The notes below the pieces were generated by a model. The model was not told the origin of the DNA. It made no database searches and saw nothing but the letters and a program-made list of their open reading frames with translations. A stretch of DNA of 64,000 bases from Eledone cirrhosa (taxonomy: Eukaryota). The first letter of the stretch is position 1. The number at the start of each line of letters is the position of its first letter. The stretch is taken from assembly GCA_964016885.1 (NCBI GenBank), contig OZ024740.1, positions 155,124,001 through 155,188,000 of the forward strand, read 5' to 3'. The position numbers and the translations under genes are program-made. Shown here one piece after another: positions 1 through 12,770 of this stretch.

Positions 1-265
1 GACGTCATCTGAAACACAGCAATATACCACATAACGTTGCTCCTGAAGTGTTTAGCTGTATAACGGCCTCTCTCTCTCTTTCTGCCTATGCCTCTGTGTC
101 TCCTCTCTCTTTAGATGTGTATGTATTTGTGTGTGTGTGTGTAGTTTTCGTGCGATTCAACCAATATATATCTTTCTTTTATATTATATATAGATATAAA
201 TAAAGTCTTTGTATATGTACATATTTATATATATATATACACACACACACATGTGTATATATACA

Positions 266-310
<45 letters not shown>

Positions 311-313
<3 letters not shown>

Positions 314-2674
314 GAGGAGTCGATCAAGGCCAAAAAGCAGGCTTGGAAAGTATGGCGGGATGGGGGAAGTAGAGAAGACTATGAAGTGGCCAGAAGGGAA
401 GCTAGGAGACCAGTGTACTTCGCAAGAAGGGAAGCAGAGGAAAGAAAGTTCAAGCATATTCTACAACGCGAGGACCAAAAACGTGAGGTGTTCAGGATTG
501 CTAGACAATGTGTCAAGGAGAACCGTGATATTGTCGGGAGAAGTGTGTCGGTAATGATGATGGTGTACTGGCCATCACTGACGCTGATAAGAAGGTAGCT
601 TGGAAGTGTCACTACGAAAGGCTACTAAATGGGAGAAAGACAGCCTCCCCCACATCGATCCAATAGAGGGACCAGCAGTGCAAGTTGAAGGTAGTATAAT
701 AAATAAGGCAATCAAAGATATGAAGACGGGCAAGGCGGCTGGGCCTTCGGAAATGCTGAAAGCATCTGGAACGGTGGGACACACTATGGTCACCCGGATA
801 GTAAACCAAGTTATACAGAATGGGGTCGTACCAAAGGACTGGCGTAGCAGCATCATCATTAACTGCTACAAGGGTAAAGGAGATGCCCTAGATAGGGGAA
901 ACTATAGAGGCATTAAATTAATTGATCAGGTCATGAAGGTCACAGAAAAAGTAATAGCGCAACTAATCAGAGAGCGAATTAATCTAGATGAAATGCAGTT
1001 CGGGTTTGTGTCAGGTAAAAGTACCACAGACGCTCTTTTCATTGTACGACAACTACAGGAGAAGTACCTACTTAGCTTTTGTAGACCTGGAGAAAGCCTT
1101 TGACAGAGTCCCCCGCTCCATTATCTGGTGGGCTCTTAGAAAACTAGGTGTAGATGAATGGCTTGTGAGAGCTATACAAGCCATGTATAAAGAAACAGTC
1201 AGCAAGGTTAGAATTAACAACGAATATAATGAAGAGTTTAGCGTAAAAGTTGGTGTTCATCAGGGCTCCGTCCTTAGCCCCCTCCTATTTATTATCGCCC
1301 TCCAAGCTATAACAGAGGAGTTCAAGACCGGCTGCCCATGGGAACTTCTATACGCAGATGATCTAACGCTCATAGCCAAATCAATAGCTGAACTAGAGAA
1401 GAAATTCCAAACATGGAAGCATGGCTTAGAATCAAAAGGCCTTAAAGTTAACTTGTCTAAGACTAAAGTCCTAATATGTAGGAAGGAGAATAGGCCACTG
1501 GTCCCATCTGGGAAATGGCCATGCTCAGTGTGTAGGAAAGGAGTAGGCAGAAACTCCATTTTATGTCCCAAATGCAAAGTATGGGTGCATAAAAGATGTA
1601 GTGGGATCACAGGTAAGCTAACTAAGAATATAGATTTTATATGTGGCCGATGCTCTGGTGCAATAAGTAGCAGCAAATGCCCACAGAATACTAGTTCATT
1701 CCATTGCCCAGATGGTTCTATAGAAATAGTGGATACCTTCCATTACCTGGGTGACAAAATCAGCAGTGGTGGAGCGTGCTCTGAAAGTACTGTAGCTAGA
1801 GTCCGAACGGGATGGAAAAAGTTCAGAGAGCTTATACTACTATTGGCCGCTAAAGGTTTCGCTCTAAAAATAAAAGGCAGGCTGTATGATGCCTGCATAC
1901 GAACAGCGATGTTACATGGCAGTGAGACCTGGGTGTTGTGTGCAGAAGATCTACACAGACTGGAAAGGAACGAAGCTTGTATGCTCCGTTGGATATGTAA
2001 TAGTAATATACGTGAACGGCAAAGCATAAATGAACTAAGTGAGAAATTAGGAATAAGAGGGATCAGATGCTGTTTACTCGAGAGAAGACTACGTTGGTAA
2101 GGTCACGTGATTCGCATGAAAGATGACAGCTGTATAAAAAAGTGCAGGGTGATCAAAATAGACGGTAGCTACGGAGTAGGCAGACCGAGAAAAACCTGGG
2201 ACGACTTGATAAAATCCGACCTCACACACTTACACCTCTCCAAGACAATGTCACTGGACCGAGATCTTTGGTGCTATGCAGTAATACAGAAGACCCGCCT
2301 TGTCTAAGTACAAAGCGAAACCTACAGTCAGTAGGCACCTCTTAACCAAAATACACCTCCGTCCCAACCCTACCCCCAACGCCATCTACACCACCCCTTT
2401 CGATGTAAAGCTATGTTGGTACCACAACATCCAGTCCTAAATAAATGAGGTCGTGTAGGTGTCACCACAAAAAAACACACAGTCCACGCTGTAATGTGGC
2501 CGTGTAGGTAACACGGTAAAAACCTCCCAGTCCACACTGTAAACGTGGTTGGTGTTAGGAAGAGCATCCAGCTGTAGAAAACCCACTAGACAGTCCTGAG
2601 CAAGACAACCAATCTTGCCTCAAGTGGAACAATTCCCGTCCAGAAAATGGATGTTAAACGATGATGATGATGAT
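311..2674 (+). mobile_element. 5'-truncated RTE-clade non-LTR retrotransposon (RT, PHD-like finger, 3' UTR, (GAT)n tail), inactivated
   Basis: RT motifs (NYRGIKL, FVDLEKAFDRV, GVHQGSVLSP, LLYADD) are split over ORFs 600-1103 and 988-2100. There are frameshifting deletions relative to the 41506-45293 copy and a TAC>TAA stop at 2098-2100. It starts right after a (TA)n tract. Confidence 0.95.
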
Positions 2675-3310
2675 ATATATACATATACACACACACACAC
2701 GTGTATATATATATATATATTTGTGTATGTGTGTGTGTGTATATATATATCATCATCATCGTTTAAAGTCCATTTTTCCATGCTAGCATGGGTTGGACAA
2801 GTCCCTTTGAGGCAAGTTGGGTCAGGTGATTATGTCTTGCTCACACCGAACTGTTTCTGGGTTGGTTTCTTTGGTTGGATGCCCTTCCTAATGTCAATCA
2901 CATTTACAGTGTGTGCTGGGTGCTTTTTTTGACATGTCGCCATCACGACCACTTTACTGGTAGGCTGGGTGCTTTTTAGCCGTGTCGCCATCACAACCAC
3001 TTTACAGTATGATCTGGGCACTTATATATATACAATTTCACTCACTTGGCATTGGGAAGACACTTGCCTAAAGTGCCTGCAGTGGAATGGAACCCAAGAC
3101 CACGAGATTGCAAATTTAACTTCTCAACCACACAGCCATGTTTTTTGAAATACTGAAAGATTACAAAAGATTGTATGAAGTATTACATAAAATGTTGTGC
3201 ATCAGAAAAAAGCTCAGCAGTCATTTTTGATACCACACCACAAGAATCATCTGACTGTAATCCTCAAGAATTTGGTAGCAGCTGCTTGTGTTTCAACCCC
3301 CCCCCCCTAC

Positions 3311-3342
<32 letters not shown>

Positions 3343-4769
3343 CTCTCTCTCTCTCCCATAATAGATGTTGTTATTTAGCCCATGGTTGGCCTGATTGAGC
3401 TGAGCAACTATGAAAAATGTTCCAGCTGTGACCACCTGGTTTTTTTCTTCTATTCAGACAATCTACTTATGATTATATTATACAATGAGTCCTAGATTTA
3501 AAGCTGGTGGGCTATGTTTAATGTGAGGGAGCTTTAGCTGCTGTTTCTCACAGTTTAAGCAACTACACAGATGCAGCAAATTGGCAAATACTGCTTTGCA
3601 GCATTCATTTGGTTCTCTGCTCTCTAACTTCAATTCCTGCCAAAGTAAACTTTGCTTTTCATCCTTCTGGGGTTGATAAAATAGCAGCCCAGAACAATGG
3701 ATTGGGAGAAATGTTTGAGTGTTAGATAAAATGCCTTGTGGTATTTGTTCTGACTCTTTATATTCCTTGTTCAAATCCCACTATGACTTAATCTTTTGCC
3801 CAGTTTAACACTATCACCTGGTCTCTAAGTGCCATTAGTATATTCCACTCTGTAGCAAGTATTTGGACGCGGTTTCTTGTTTGAGAATTCCTTCTTGTCT
3901 CCATTCTATAAATCCTGGATGAAAAGGGTTTTGGATTCTACCCTTCCTCCTCCTTTGATTAAATAGTGGAAAGAATTTAATGGGTGAATGAATAGAATTA
4001 TAGAAAACCAGGAAAACAGTTTGTCAATGATAAGACACACATATGTATATGTTCCAATTGATAGGACATCAGATAATTGAAAATGATGATATGTACTCAA
4101 TCTAGTGGTGAGAGTATGTATGTAAGGTGGTAGTGCTAGAGTCACGATAAAATGCTCCTAGTACATACTGTAGGGTTGTTGGCATTAAGACATAGAAACC
4201 AAGCCAAAAGCAGAATGCAAGAATAAGATGCAGTCACCTGACCAGTCAAGCATACTTGACAATCTGTTTAATCTATGCAAGCATGGAAAATTGATGTTAA
4301 CTGGTGAGGATCTTATATATATATATATATCATCATTTTACATCTGCTTTTCTATACTTGGTTTTCCTCTACCACTGCTCCCTTCCACTGGGATTTCATG
4401 GCACTTCTTCACCCAGTGCTCATCCTCCACATGCACCACCTGGCATTACCAGCACAGTCTTCTCTTCTGCACACTACATCTAATTTCTCCTATATGCGGT
4501 CTTTCTCTCAGTTCATCTATGCTTTACTATTCATATATATTAACATTGCATATCCACCAAAGCATGCTTAATTCATTTCTCTCAAGCCTTTGCATATCTT
4601 CCCCATATATATCACTATCCAGTTTATTTTTTGTCTACCATGGCCCACAATATACTTTCAGAATGTCTGTGGCCTATCCAATGTCAACTAAAATGATGAT
4701 CATTATCATCCTCATCATTTTTACATTTGTTTTCCCATGATTGTATAGGTTTTCTCTAATATTGCCATG

Positions 4770-5146
4770 GAGGCACATGGCTTAGTGGTTAGAGCATTGG
4801 CCTTGCAATCGAAAGGTTGTGAGTTCAATTCTCAGACCGGGTGATGTGTTGTTTCCTTGAGCAAGACACTTTATTTCACATTGCTCCAGTTTACTCAGCT
4901 GTAGAAATGAGATGATAGGGACTGGGGTCCCTATTATTCCACTGCAAAGTGGTCGTAGAGGTGCCACGGCAAAAAAGCACCCAGCACTCACTGTAAAGTG
5001 GACGTGTAGGCGCCGCGGCAAAAAAAGCACCCAGCACTCACTGTTAGGAAGGGCATCCAGCTGTAGAAATCAAGCCAAAATCAGTTTCCGTCCCACCCTT
5101 GCAAGCAGTGAAAAGCAGACGTAATGATGATGATGATGATGATGAT
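4770..5146 (+). mobile_element. tRNA-derived SINE (family B) with an RTE-type 3' tail
   Basis: A-box-like TGGCTTAGTGG, B-box-like GAGTTCAATTC and central CCTTGAGCAAGACACTTT. The 3' part AGGAAGGGCATCCAGCTGTAGAAA...(GAT)n matches the RTE 3' UTR. A similar copy lies on the - strand at about 22312-22580. Confidence 0.8.
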
Positions 5147-6289
5147 TGCTTCTTATTACTTGTTATATTACTTAGTCATCTTCTTTGTGAGGTTATTCTG
5201 AGATCAACTTTCACTACTTCTACCCAAGTCTTCCTTGCTCTGCCTTTTCCACAGCTCCCTCCACTTGGATCATCTGGCACATCTTTACATATCCGTCATT
5301 GTCCATATGCATCATATCTATGCTAGTATAATCTACTCTCTTACTGACTACATCTGATTCCTCTTATACCCAGTTTTTCTTTCAATCCATCTCTGCTTTC
5401 TTGTTTATGCGTACTAATATTACACATCCTGTGGATCGTACTTGCTTCATTCTTTCCAGTCTTCATACATCTTCTCCATCCAATGCTCATCTGTCACTAT
5501 TATGCAACATTACACTTTGGACACAAGCATTATACAATTTATTCTTTTCTGAAGCAAATTACAAATTAAATAGTGTGATCTATAGGCATACAACTTTTTC
5601 ATAAATATACGAATATGACTGTGGCCCATTTCTGAGCCATATGGCCCACCTTGCAAATCACTGATATAAAAATTACTTAGTTACTGTGGTAAAAATTGTT
5701 GTTGCTTACATGTAAAGCTGCCTCAATTGATTACACATATGATACCAAGCTGCAATAAAAAACCCCTTATAGATCTAATTTTGCTGTGAAAAAGAATACA
5801 TACAGTTATGAGACCATGCAGTTATTTATTAATACGTAGGTGTGGTTGTAGCTTGAGTCAGATTAAAAGTTGGAAAGAAATTGATACCTGACTAGTATTG
5901 CAGCAACATTCAGGTGTGTAGCTAATGATTGGGAGGCGAGGCTCAAATAAATTATAGGTCCTGTGTGTGTGAGAGAGATAGGTAGGGCTGAAACAAATTG
6001 CAGCCAATATATACAATCATATTCCTTACATATCTAAATAGTCATGTATTCTACTTGGTTTTTAGATGAGTTTGTAAATGTTGCATGAAGGAAACTGATT
6101 TCTTCTACATTCTTATATTTCATTATTCTGAATTCTTATCACTTTATTGGCTGGATGGGCCCGTATTTATTTGTTGTGTTGCTGTAATTTAGGAAGATCA
6201 TTTGGCTAATAAAAACATGCGCTGGTTATAACTCACTACAGTCATATTGTTAGCTGTTAATAATTATCGCAGAAATTACTCTCACATAA

Positions 6290-6506
6290 TACAGGGTGAC
6301 TACAAAAACACACCAGCAACGTTGCTTTGGAGTGAACGCCATCTTGAATTACACTGCCATCTAGTGGATCGACTTAATTCTGCAAATGAGGAAAGAAACT
6401 TTGTTAGTTTATGCAGCTGTAGCCACCAATATTGAAAGAATATTCATTTAAGTTTTGATATTTATAAGTATTTGAAATCAAGGAGTGTTTTTGTGGTCAC
6501 CCTGTA
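6290..6506. mobile_element. Tc1/mariner-type MITE
   Basis: TA-CAGGGTGACTACAAAAACAC ... GTGTTTTTGTGGTCACCCTG-TA: terminal inverted repeats with a TA target duplication. Confidence 0.85.
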
Positions 6507-6944
6507 TATTGGTTTCAACACAATTTTACATCAAAAATCTAGAAAAACAAATATGAAAATGAGACAACTATTTTAAATATTTTTTTTGTTATTATTATTA
6601 GAGAGAGACGAGCATGGCCCAAGTGAATGAGCCCACTCTGAGTTTGAGCCTATAGATTAGAGGAGAACTACTGGGACAGGGCACTTACCCTAGAGATCAG
6701 AGCACACATGGTTTTATGGGGGGTTTTCCACGAGTGACCCTTGAATGTCTCTTCCCTATTGAGGAATACCCTTTGTTTTAATTTTTATTGTTATTTTTCT
6801 TTTTTAACATTGTTAAAATTTATTTACATGTAAAACCGACACATCAATACACACACTCTATGTTTTTGTCCTGTGCCGTCATAATGTTTTTCTTGGTGTA
6901 AACCCTTTGTAGTTAATAAAGAAATTAATATTATTATTATATAA

Positions 6945-7310
6945 GAGCGGTGGATTGGCAGTATGGGTAGAACGTCGGACAACATGCTTTGTGACATATA
7001 GTTACGCTCCTTCACGATCTGAATCCAAATACCGCCGAGGTTAGCTTTGCCTTTCATCCTTACGGGGGCAATAAAATAAAGCAGCAGTAATGCACTAAGG
7101 TCGATTTAATCAACTTTCCCCTCTCCCCAAATTGCAGGCTTTGTAGAAATCATTATTTCATTTTATTATTTATTTATCTGAGTTCAAATCCCGCCGAGCT
7201 TAACTTTGCCTTTCCTCCTTATGAGGTCGATAAAATAAAGTACCAGTAATGTACTGGTTAATATGTGGCCTTGTGCCAAAAGTAGAAACAAATATTTATT
7301 TATCTTGCTT
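6945..7310 (+). mobile_element. two tandem copies of tRNA-derived SINE (family A)
   Basis: TGGCAGTATGGG A-box, GAGTTCAAATCC-type B-box, core GCCGAGGTTAGCTTTGCCTTTCATCC...ATAAAATAAAGTACCAG, 3' GGCCTTGTGCCAAAAGTAGAAAC. Confidence 0.85.
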
Positions 7311-7693
7311 TAAACTGTTACTTAACAGTGAAACAGGAGAATCCAAGGGATTAATGATACTCTACTTTAGCAATTTGATACATGTTAAGCATGTTTTTGT
7401 TTTATTTCTCTATAAGTAGAATGGCAAGGAGCAATAAAAGATGAAAGTATTGAAAGACAGGGGAGACTGTGTCAATGTTTAACAAATTATGCATTTAAAC
7501 CTGCTGTATCTGACCAGAATTCTCTCACCTCTTCTGTTCAAACCAGCAATAACTGGCCACTCATACTGACATTAAAGTATTGTTCTCAAAATAAATAATT
7601 TCATCAAAATCTCATAGATTTCATATTATGTGAGATAAAGCCTTTACCATGAAAATATAATAGTAGATTAATGTAAATGCTAATGGGTTAAAT

Positions 7694-8002
7694 CAGTGAT
7701 TCTCAACGTGGTCCAGGTGGACCACCGGTGGTCCACATAGCATTTCTAGTGGTCCACAGAGAATTCGTAGCCATAAAAAAATTGTAGCCATTTCACAAAA
7801 ATGTAACTAATATAATATTTTGTTTAATTACACACATGTCCATTATATTTGAAAATTTCGAGATCACAGCTCTGATACTATGGGCATGTGGTTAGAATGT
7901 CTCTAGCAGTTCTATTACAAAAGATTTAAAAGTTTAGGTGGTCCACAGGAAAAAATTACTTATTTTGGTGGTCCACAGCGAAAAAAAGGTTGAGAACCCC
8001 TG
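7694..8002. mobile_element. hAT (Charlie-like) MITE
   Basis: TIRs CAGTGATTCTCAAC / GTTGAGAACCCCTG, 8-bp target duplication GGTTAAAT / TGTTAAAT (7 of 8 match), and repeated subterminal GTGGTCCAC motifs. Confidence 0.85.
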
Positions 8003-8149
8003 TGTTAAATGACAGTTGGAAATATGAGGTTAGATTATGTTAGTGTCAAATGAGAAGCTACACTGTATTGGTAATCTTAGTTGGAATTATGTCAGTAGTT
8101 AGCCAGGATGTTTTGTGCTAGCTCCAACCAGTGAATACACAATATTACA

Positions 8150-8348
8150 AATAGAATTGTCCGGTTGCTTCTTCTTCACACTGGTCACTGTCAAGACCTC
8201 AGGCATAGTTGGACCCCGTACTGCTGAGCTCCTCCCCAAGATCGGAACGTCAGCAGCCTCTCTGGGGAAGGAGCCCCGCAGGATGGGGGGTGGGGGGTTG
8301 TTGCTGGCCTTTTACCGCAGAAATGCATTTGCAGTCTTGTCTGCATGA
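8150..8348 (+). mobile_element. relic C-terminus of a restriction-like-endonuclease (CRE/NeSL-type) non-LTR element
   Basis: The translation FFFTLVTVKTSGIVGPRTAELLPKIG...GKEPR...AFYRRNAFAVL resembles the F-x-P-x-A-x-ET-x-G-x-x-GP...QRGNA C-terminal pattern of CRE-like elements. Recognised by eye only. Confidence 0.55.
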
Positions 8349-9584
8349 CGCAGCCCCAACACTGCCACACTCTAGACCCAAAGCCAATTGCTCCCCCTCC
8401 CCCTCACATTTTTCTGTGACCCTAGAGCCCTTGCTTTTCCCTTCATTTTCCATTTTCAAATATCTGCAGTGTTGCTATTTGAAATAGATTTGTTTATGAT
8501 TTTTTTTATTTTTATTAATAAAACATTTTTGCTCATTTGACCATGCACAGTGATTACATATGTCCAACAAAGATCATTAGCCTGTCTCAATCTCAATGAC
8601 AAACACCATATATTTGAGGACCAGCTATCAATACAAGATTTTACTTAATCATAATAATCCCCATTTTTAGTTGAGTGCTTCACTGTTTACACAATTCTAA
8701 AATTGACCCTGGCACAACTACATTTACAATATAATTTTCTGTTGCTATCTTTCCACATCTTGGAAAAGAGAGCTAAGTGTTAATGACTCTCAAACACTCT
8801 TGCTTTACTCAGAATATTATTACGGAAATAATGACAAAAGAAGCCTTCAGCGTGTTTGAAATATAATGGATGAAACGATGATGAGGTGGAGAATAAATGG
8901 TAAACTGCATGTAATATGGAATGAAATTGAAATAACAATAATGGAATATGTATGGTTTCAGTTGTATTCCTCTAAAATGTATCCGAATGAGTCATAAATA
9001 CAATGAAACTAGTCAATTCAATCCATATTTCAAGCTACTAAAAATCTGTATAGTTTAGTCACAAGGCCTAATTTCACAATGAAACTAATTGTATTTTTTA
9101 AATTCTTTTACTTGTGTGTATCCAGTTTAGAATATGTACACTGTATCTCTGTGTGTCATAAGAGGTAACTAAAAGGGTTGGTGCCAGGAAAGATATCTGG
9201 CTGTAAAACATGGGCTCATATATGACCCCACAATGAGTATGATGCTTTTCATGGGGTTCACAATGTTAACTTCTGCATTAGCAGGAAAAAATGGCTTTAA
9301 AACACAAACACAAGCATATTGGTAGTATCGGTAGAGGGTCGGATGCCATGCTTTGGAGCATAGTTACGGCCCTTTATGATCCGAGTTCAAATCCCGCCGA
9401 GGTTAACTTTGCCTTTCATCCTTACGGAGTCAATAAAATAAAATACCAGTAATGCACTGGGATAATTGCTGGCCTTGTGCCAAAAGTAGAAACAATTATA
9501 CATATGCACACATTATAGTGAAAGCACAACTGATGGAGTTTAATCTTTATTAAAGATATATTTTTTACCTTATATCTTTATTAG

Positions 9585-9762
9585 TTCCTTTTGTTTACTT
9601 TGGAACAATAATATTCCTAAGTCCATGAACTGTTCAAGACTTTCTCAACCTCATCTTCTGTATGAGATGATTCTAGTGGTGTGATGATCATACAGATAAC
9701 AAGAAGCTCTTGAAATATTATTGGACTTAGGAACACTATTGTTTCAAACTAAATATAAAGGA
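9585..9762. repeat. degenerate fold-back inverted repeat (MITE-like)
   Basis: TTTGGAACAATAATATTCCTAAGTCCA pairs imperfectly with TGGACTTAGGAACACTATTGTTTCAAA; an inner CTGTATGA/TCATACAG stem is also present. Confidence 0.6.
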
Positions 9763-12059
9763 CAAATGAAGAAATATGAAAAACCTTGAACATAGTTCAA
9801 CATAGACTTGAACATAGTTATGTCTTGAATATAACAAGTTTGAAACAAAAAAAGAACTTTTCTTTATTTTTACAAATATTTATATATCTTACGTTCTGAG
9901 TTCAAATCCCACCGAGGTTAGCTTTGCCTTTCATCCTTACAGGGTTGATAAAATAAAGCACCAGTAATGTACTGGGGTCGATTTAATCGACTTTCCCCTC
10001 CCTCCAAATTACTGGCCTTGTGCCTATATTAGAAATTATTATTATTATTATTATTCATGTTTATTGCTGTATTCTGCTATGGTAACCAGGGAGAAAGTTT
10101 CTTATCCTGATAATATTACCTACATAGTTTACAATCTCGTTAACTATTTCTTATTTTTCTATTCTTACATTTTACCCATCATTGTAAATCAAATAACTAA
10201 ACTATGTATTCCCATTATATCTCAAAGACACATCCTATTTTTTGACCACACATAATTGGTCACTATGTGCAGAAGACCTATGAAGATTGGAAAGAAATAA
10301 GGCAAGACTGCTCCATTAAATGTGCAGTAAGAGTGTACATGTACGACAAAGCATCAGTGAACTGAGTAAGAATTTTGGAAAGCTGAACTTTTGTTCTCCC
10401 ATAATAAAGCACTAAGTCCCCATTTTGAGGTGATCTAGTATCCCAAAACAATAACACCTAGTCCACCCTGTAAGGTGGTCATACTGTTACATAGTTGGCA
10501 TTAAGAAGGGTATCCTGCTGTAAAAACCAAGCCAAACTACAGATCCACATGAGCAAAATATGGTCACATGACATGACAACTTATCTAACCGATGCAAATG
10601 TGGAAAAATGGACATTAAATGATGATGAATGATTGGTTTTTAGATAAATATAAACACTTTAAAACCAATAATATATCATAGAACCAAAGGCAGTTTCAGG
10701 CAGTTTGGTATCAAATGGGTTAAACATATAGATATGACATTTGTTTACATATTTATTCATAATTTATACCACTTGTTCTAAAAACAGGCATGTGTGACTT
10801 AGAGGTTAGTTGTTCCACTCAAGATTATATGAAACAAAAATTTGATTCCTGATAAATTGTTGTGTCTATGAGCAAAGCACTTTATTTGGTCATACTCCAG
10901 TTCATCACCTGGCAAAAATGAGTTGTACCTATAATGGAAAGAATAAGCCTTATCACACATTGTGTCACACTGAGAACTACATTATGGTTGCACATGTCTA
11001 TAGAATGCTCAGCCACTTGTACATTAATTTCAAGAATAAGCTATTCTGTTGTTCAAACAACTGAAACACTTGTCATCAGAAGCAACATACTAAAGACAGA
11101 TGAATACAACTACTTTGTAAGATTTGTTAAATAACCACAAGTTAGTATTATACTTGAACATATTGGACACACAGACAGAAATGTTTATCTTTGGACTGTT
11201 AAGCTGTTATGCACTGGACTATACAAATTATGAGTTAAATAGTTTCCTTCTCTCTCTCTTTCTCCTGTATAACCTTCTTTAGCCCCCCCTCCTCTCCCTC
11301 TCTTTTGTAACTCTAGCTTTCTTCCTCTATATCTCTCTAGCTTTCTTTCTATCTCCTGTATAACCATCTCTCTTTCCCCATCTCCCTCTCTTTCTCCCCT
11401 CTGCCTCTCTATTTTTCCATCTCTGATAACCGAAAGCAATATGTTAACATAGAACCATGGAGAAAGAAAAATAAGTGTTTTATTTTTTTAGTACATTATT
11501 ATTTAAAATAAAATTTTCAAAAGGAGGAATTCAATGAAAGAAAGAAGGAGAAATAGACAAGCCGACAGATAGACAGAGTTATAGAATTAATCACTTATGT
11601 AAGAGATTCTTGTAAATATAATTTGTGGTTTCAACAGCAACTACAAAACAAACAACAACAATTGTATATTGTATCTTAATGTGGTTTCTATCTGATGTTT
11701 GAAAGTGTTTCTTCCTTAGCACTGTTGGGAGCAGGTGTTGTCACAGGAGTTGTATCAAAGAATCAAGGCTTAGTTTACTTATCTAAACAGATTAGTAAGA
11801 AGAATGACATGAAGGACTAAAACCTCCCATGGTTATTTGTTGTTATTTAGCTAGTTAGCAATGACTGTCCAGTATTTAAGATTAACAGCTGTCATATACT
11901 CACTTCTTTAGTTTCTCTAGCTTTGTTTATTGCTCTCATCACTAACAGCTCCCTTCCTGTCAATGCTTCTCTCATCTAATGTAGTCAACCACTAAGCAAT
12001 TAATTTGTCTTTATTTTCATCTTGATTAATTAAATTCATTGATTGGTAGAGTGACCTCT

Positions 12060-12304
12060 TTAACCCTTTAACATTCACATTACTCTATATTTACTATTAC
12101 TCTATATTTACTATTATATTTTCACAGAAATGGCTTATCTCACATAATTTTCCCACATAATATTGAAAATACGAGATTTTTATATTATTTATTGTGAGAA
12201 CAATACCTTAACGTCGGTATGAGCGGCCGATTACGACTGGTTTGAACTGGAAGAGGTGAGATAATTCTGGCTAGGTATGGCTGGTTTAAATGCGAAAGGA
12301 TTAA
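12060..12304. mobile_element. piggyBac-type MITE (about 200-bp family)
   Basis: TTAA-CCCTTTAACATT ... AATGCGAAAGGA-TTAA. Same family as copies at about 7490-7691, 14067-14268, 19278-19480, 27088-27303, 49563-49791 and 58231-58434. Confidence 0.75.
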
Positions 12305-12359
12305 AACTACTGAAGCTAGTTACAAAGTACATTGCTGGCTACAAAATGTTTTTTCCCTG

Positions 12360-12770
12360 CAAAGAGAAAAGTAGATTGTGTGATGCTTGTGTGTGAACAG
12401 CAATGCTATATAAATGTGAGACTTGGGCTTTGTGTACAGAAAACTATGAAGATTGGAAAGAAATGATGCATACATGCTTTGATGGATGTCACAGTAGTGT
12501 ACATGCAAGATGAAGCATCAATGAACTGAGAGAGAAACTGGGCATAAAAAGGGTTAAATGCTGTATGCAGATGAGACTGTGATGAGTATGGAGAATGACA
12601 GCTTCATTCAGAAGTGTAGGGTTCTCAAAATTGATGGAAACTATGGAAGAAGAAAACCTAGGAAAACTTAGGGTGGTGTGGTAAAAGCTGACTTCATGCA
12701 ATTATACCTCACAAAGTAAATGACACTAGATCGTGATGGCTGGCAACGTGCCATACTAAAGAGGACCTGT
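12360..12770 (+). mobile_element. old degenerate RTE 3' fragment
   Basis: Diverged match to the RTE ORF C-terminus (GATGCTTGTGTGTGAACAGCAATGCTA, GAAAGAAATGATGCATACATGCT). Similar relics at about 10230-10380, 25575-25920 and 36170-36490 (+), and about 4350-4600 and 5180-5540 (-). Confidence 0.7.

Noticed and set aside
1-310. CHMP2A promoter or first non-coding exon near the window start
   Set aside because: An upstream exon is implied by the acceptor at 17230, but nothing in the sequence fixes its location.
4770-4850. tRNA gene calls for the SINE heads
   Set aside because: A and B boxes are present, but there is no intact cloverleaf and the heads run into SINE bodies.
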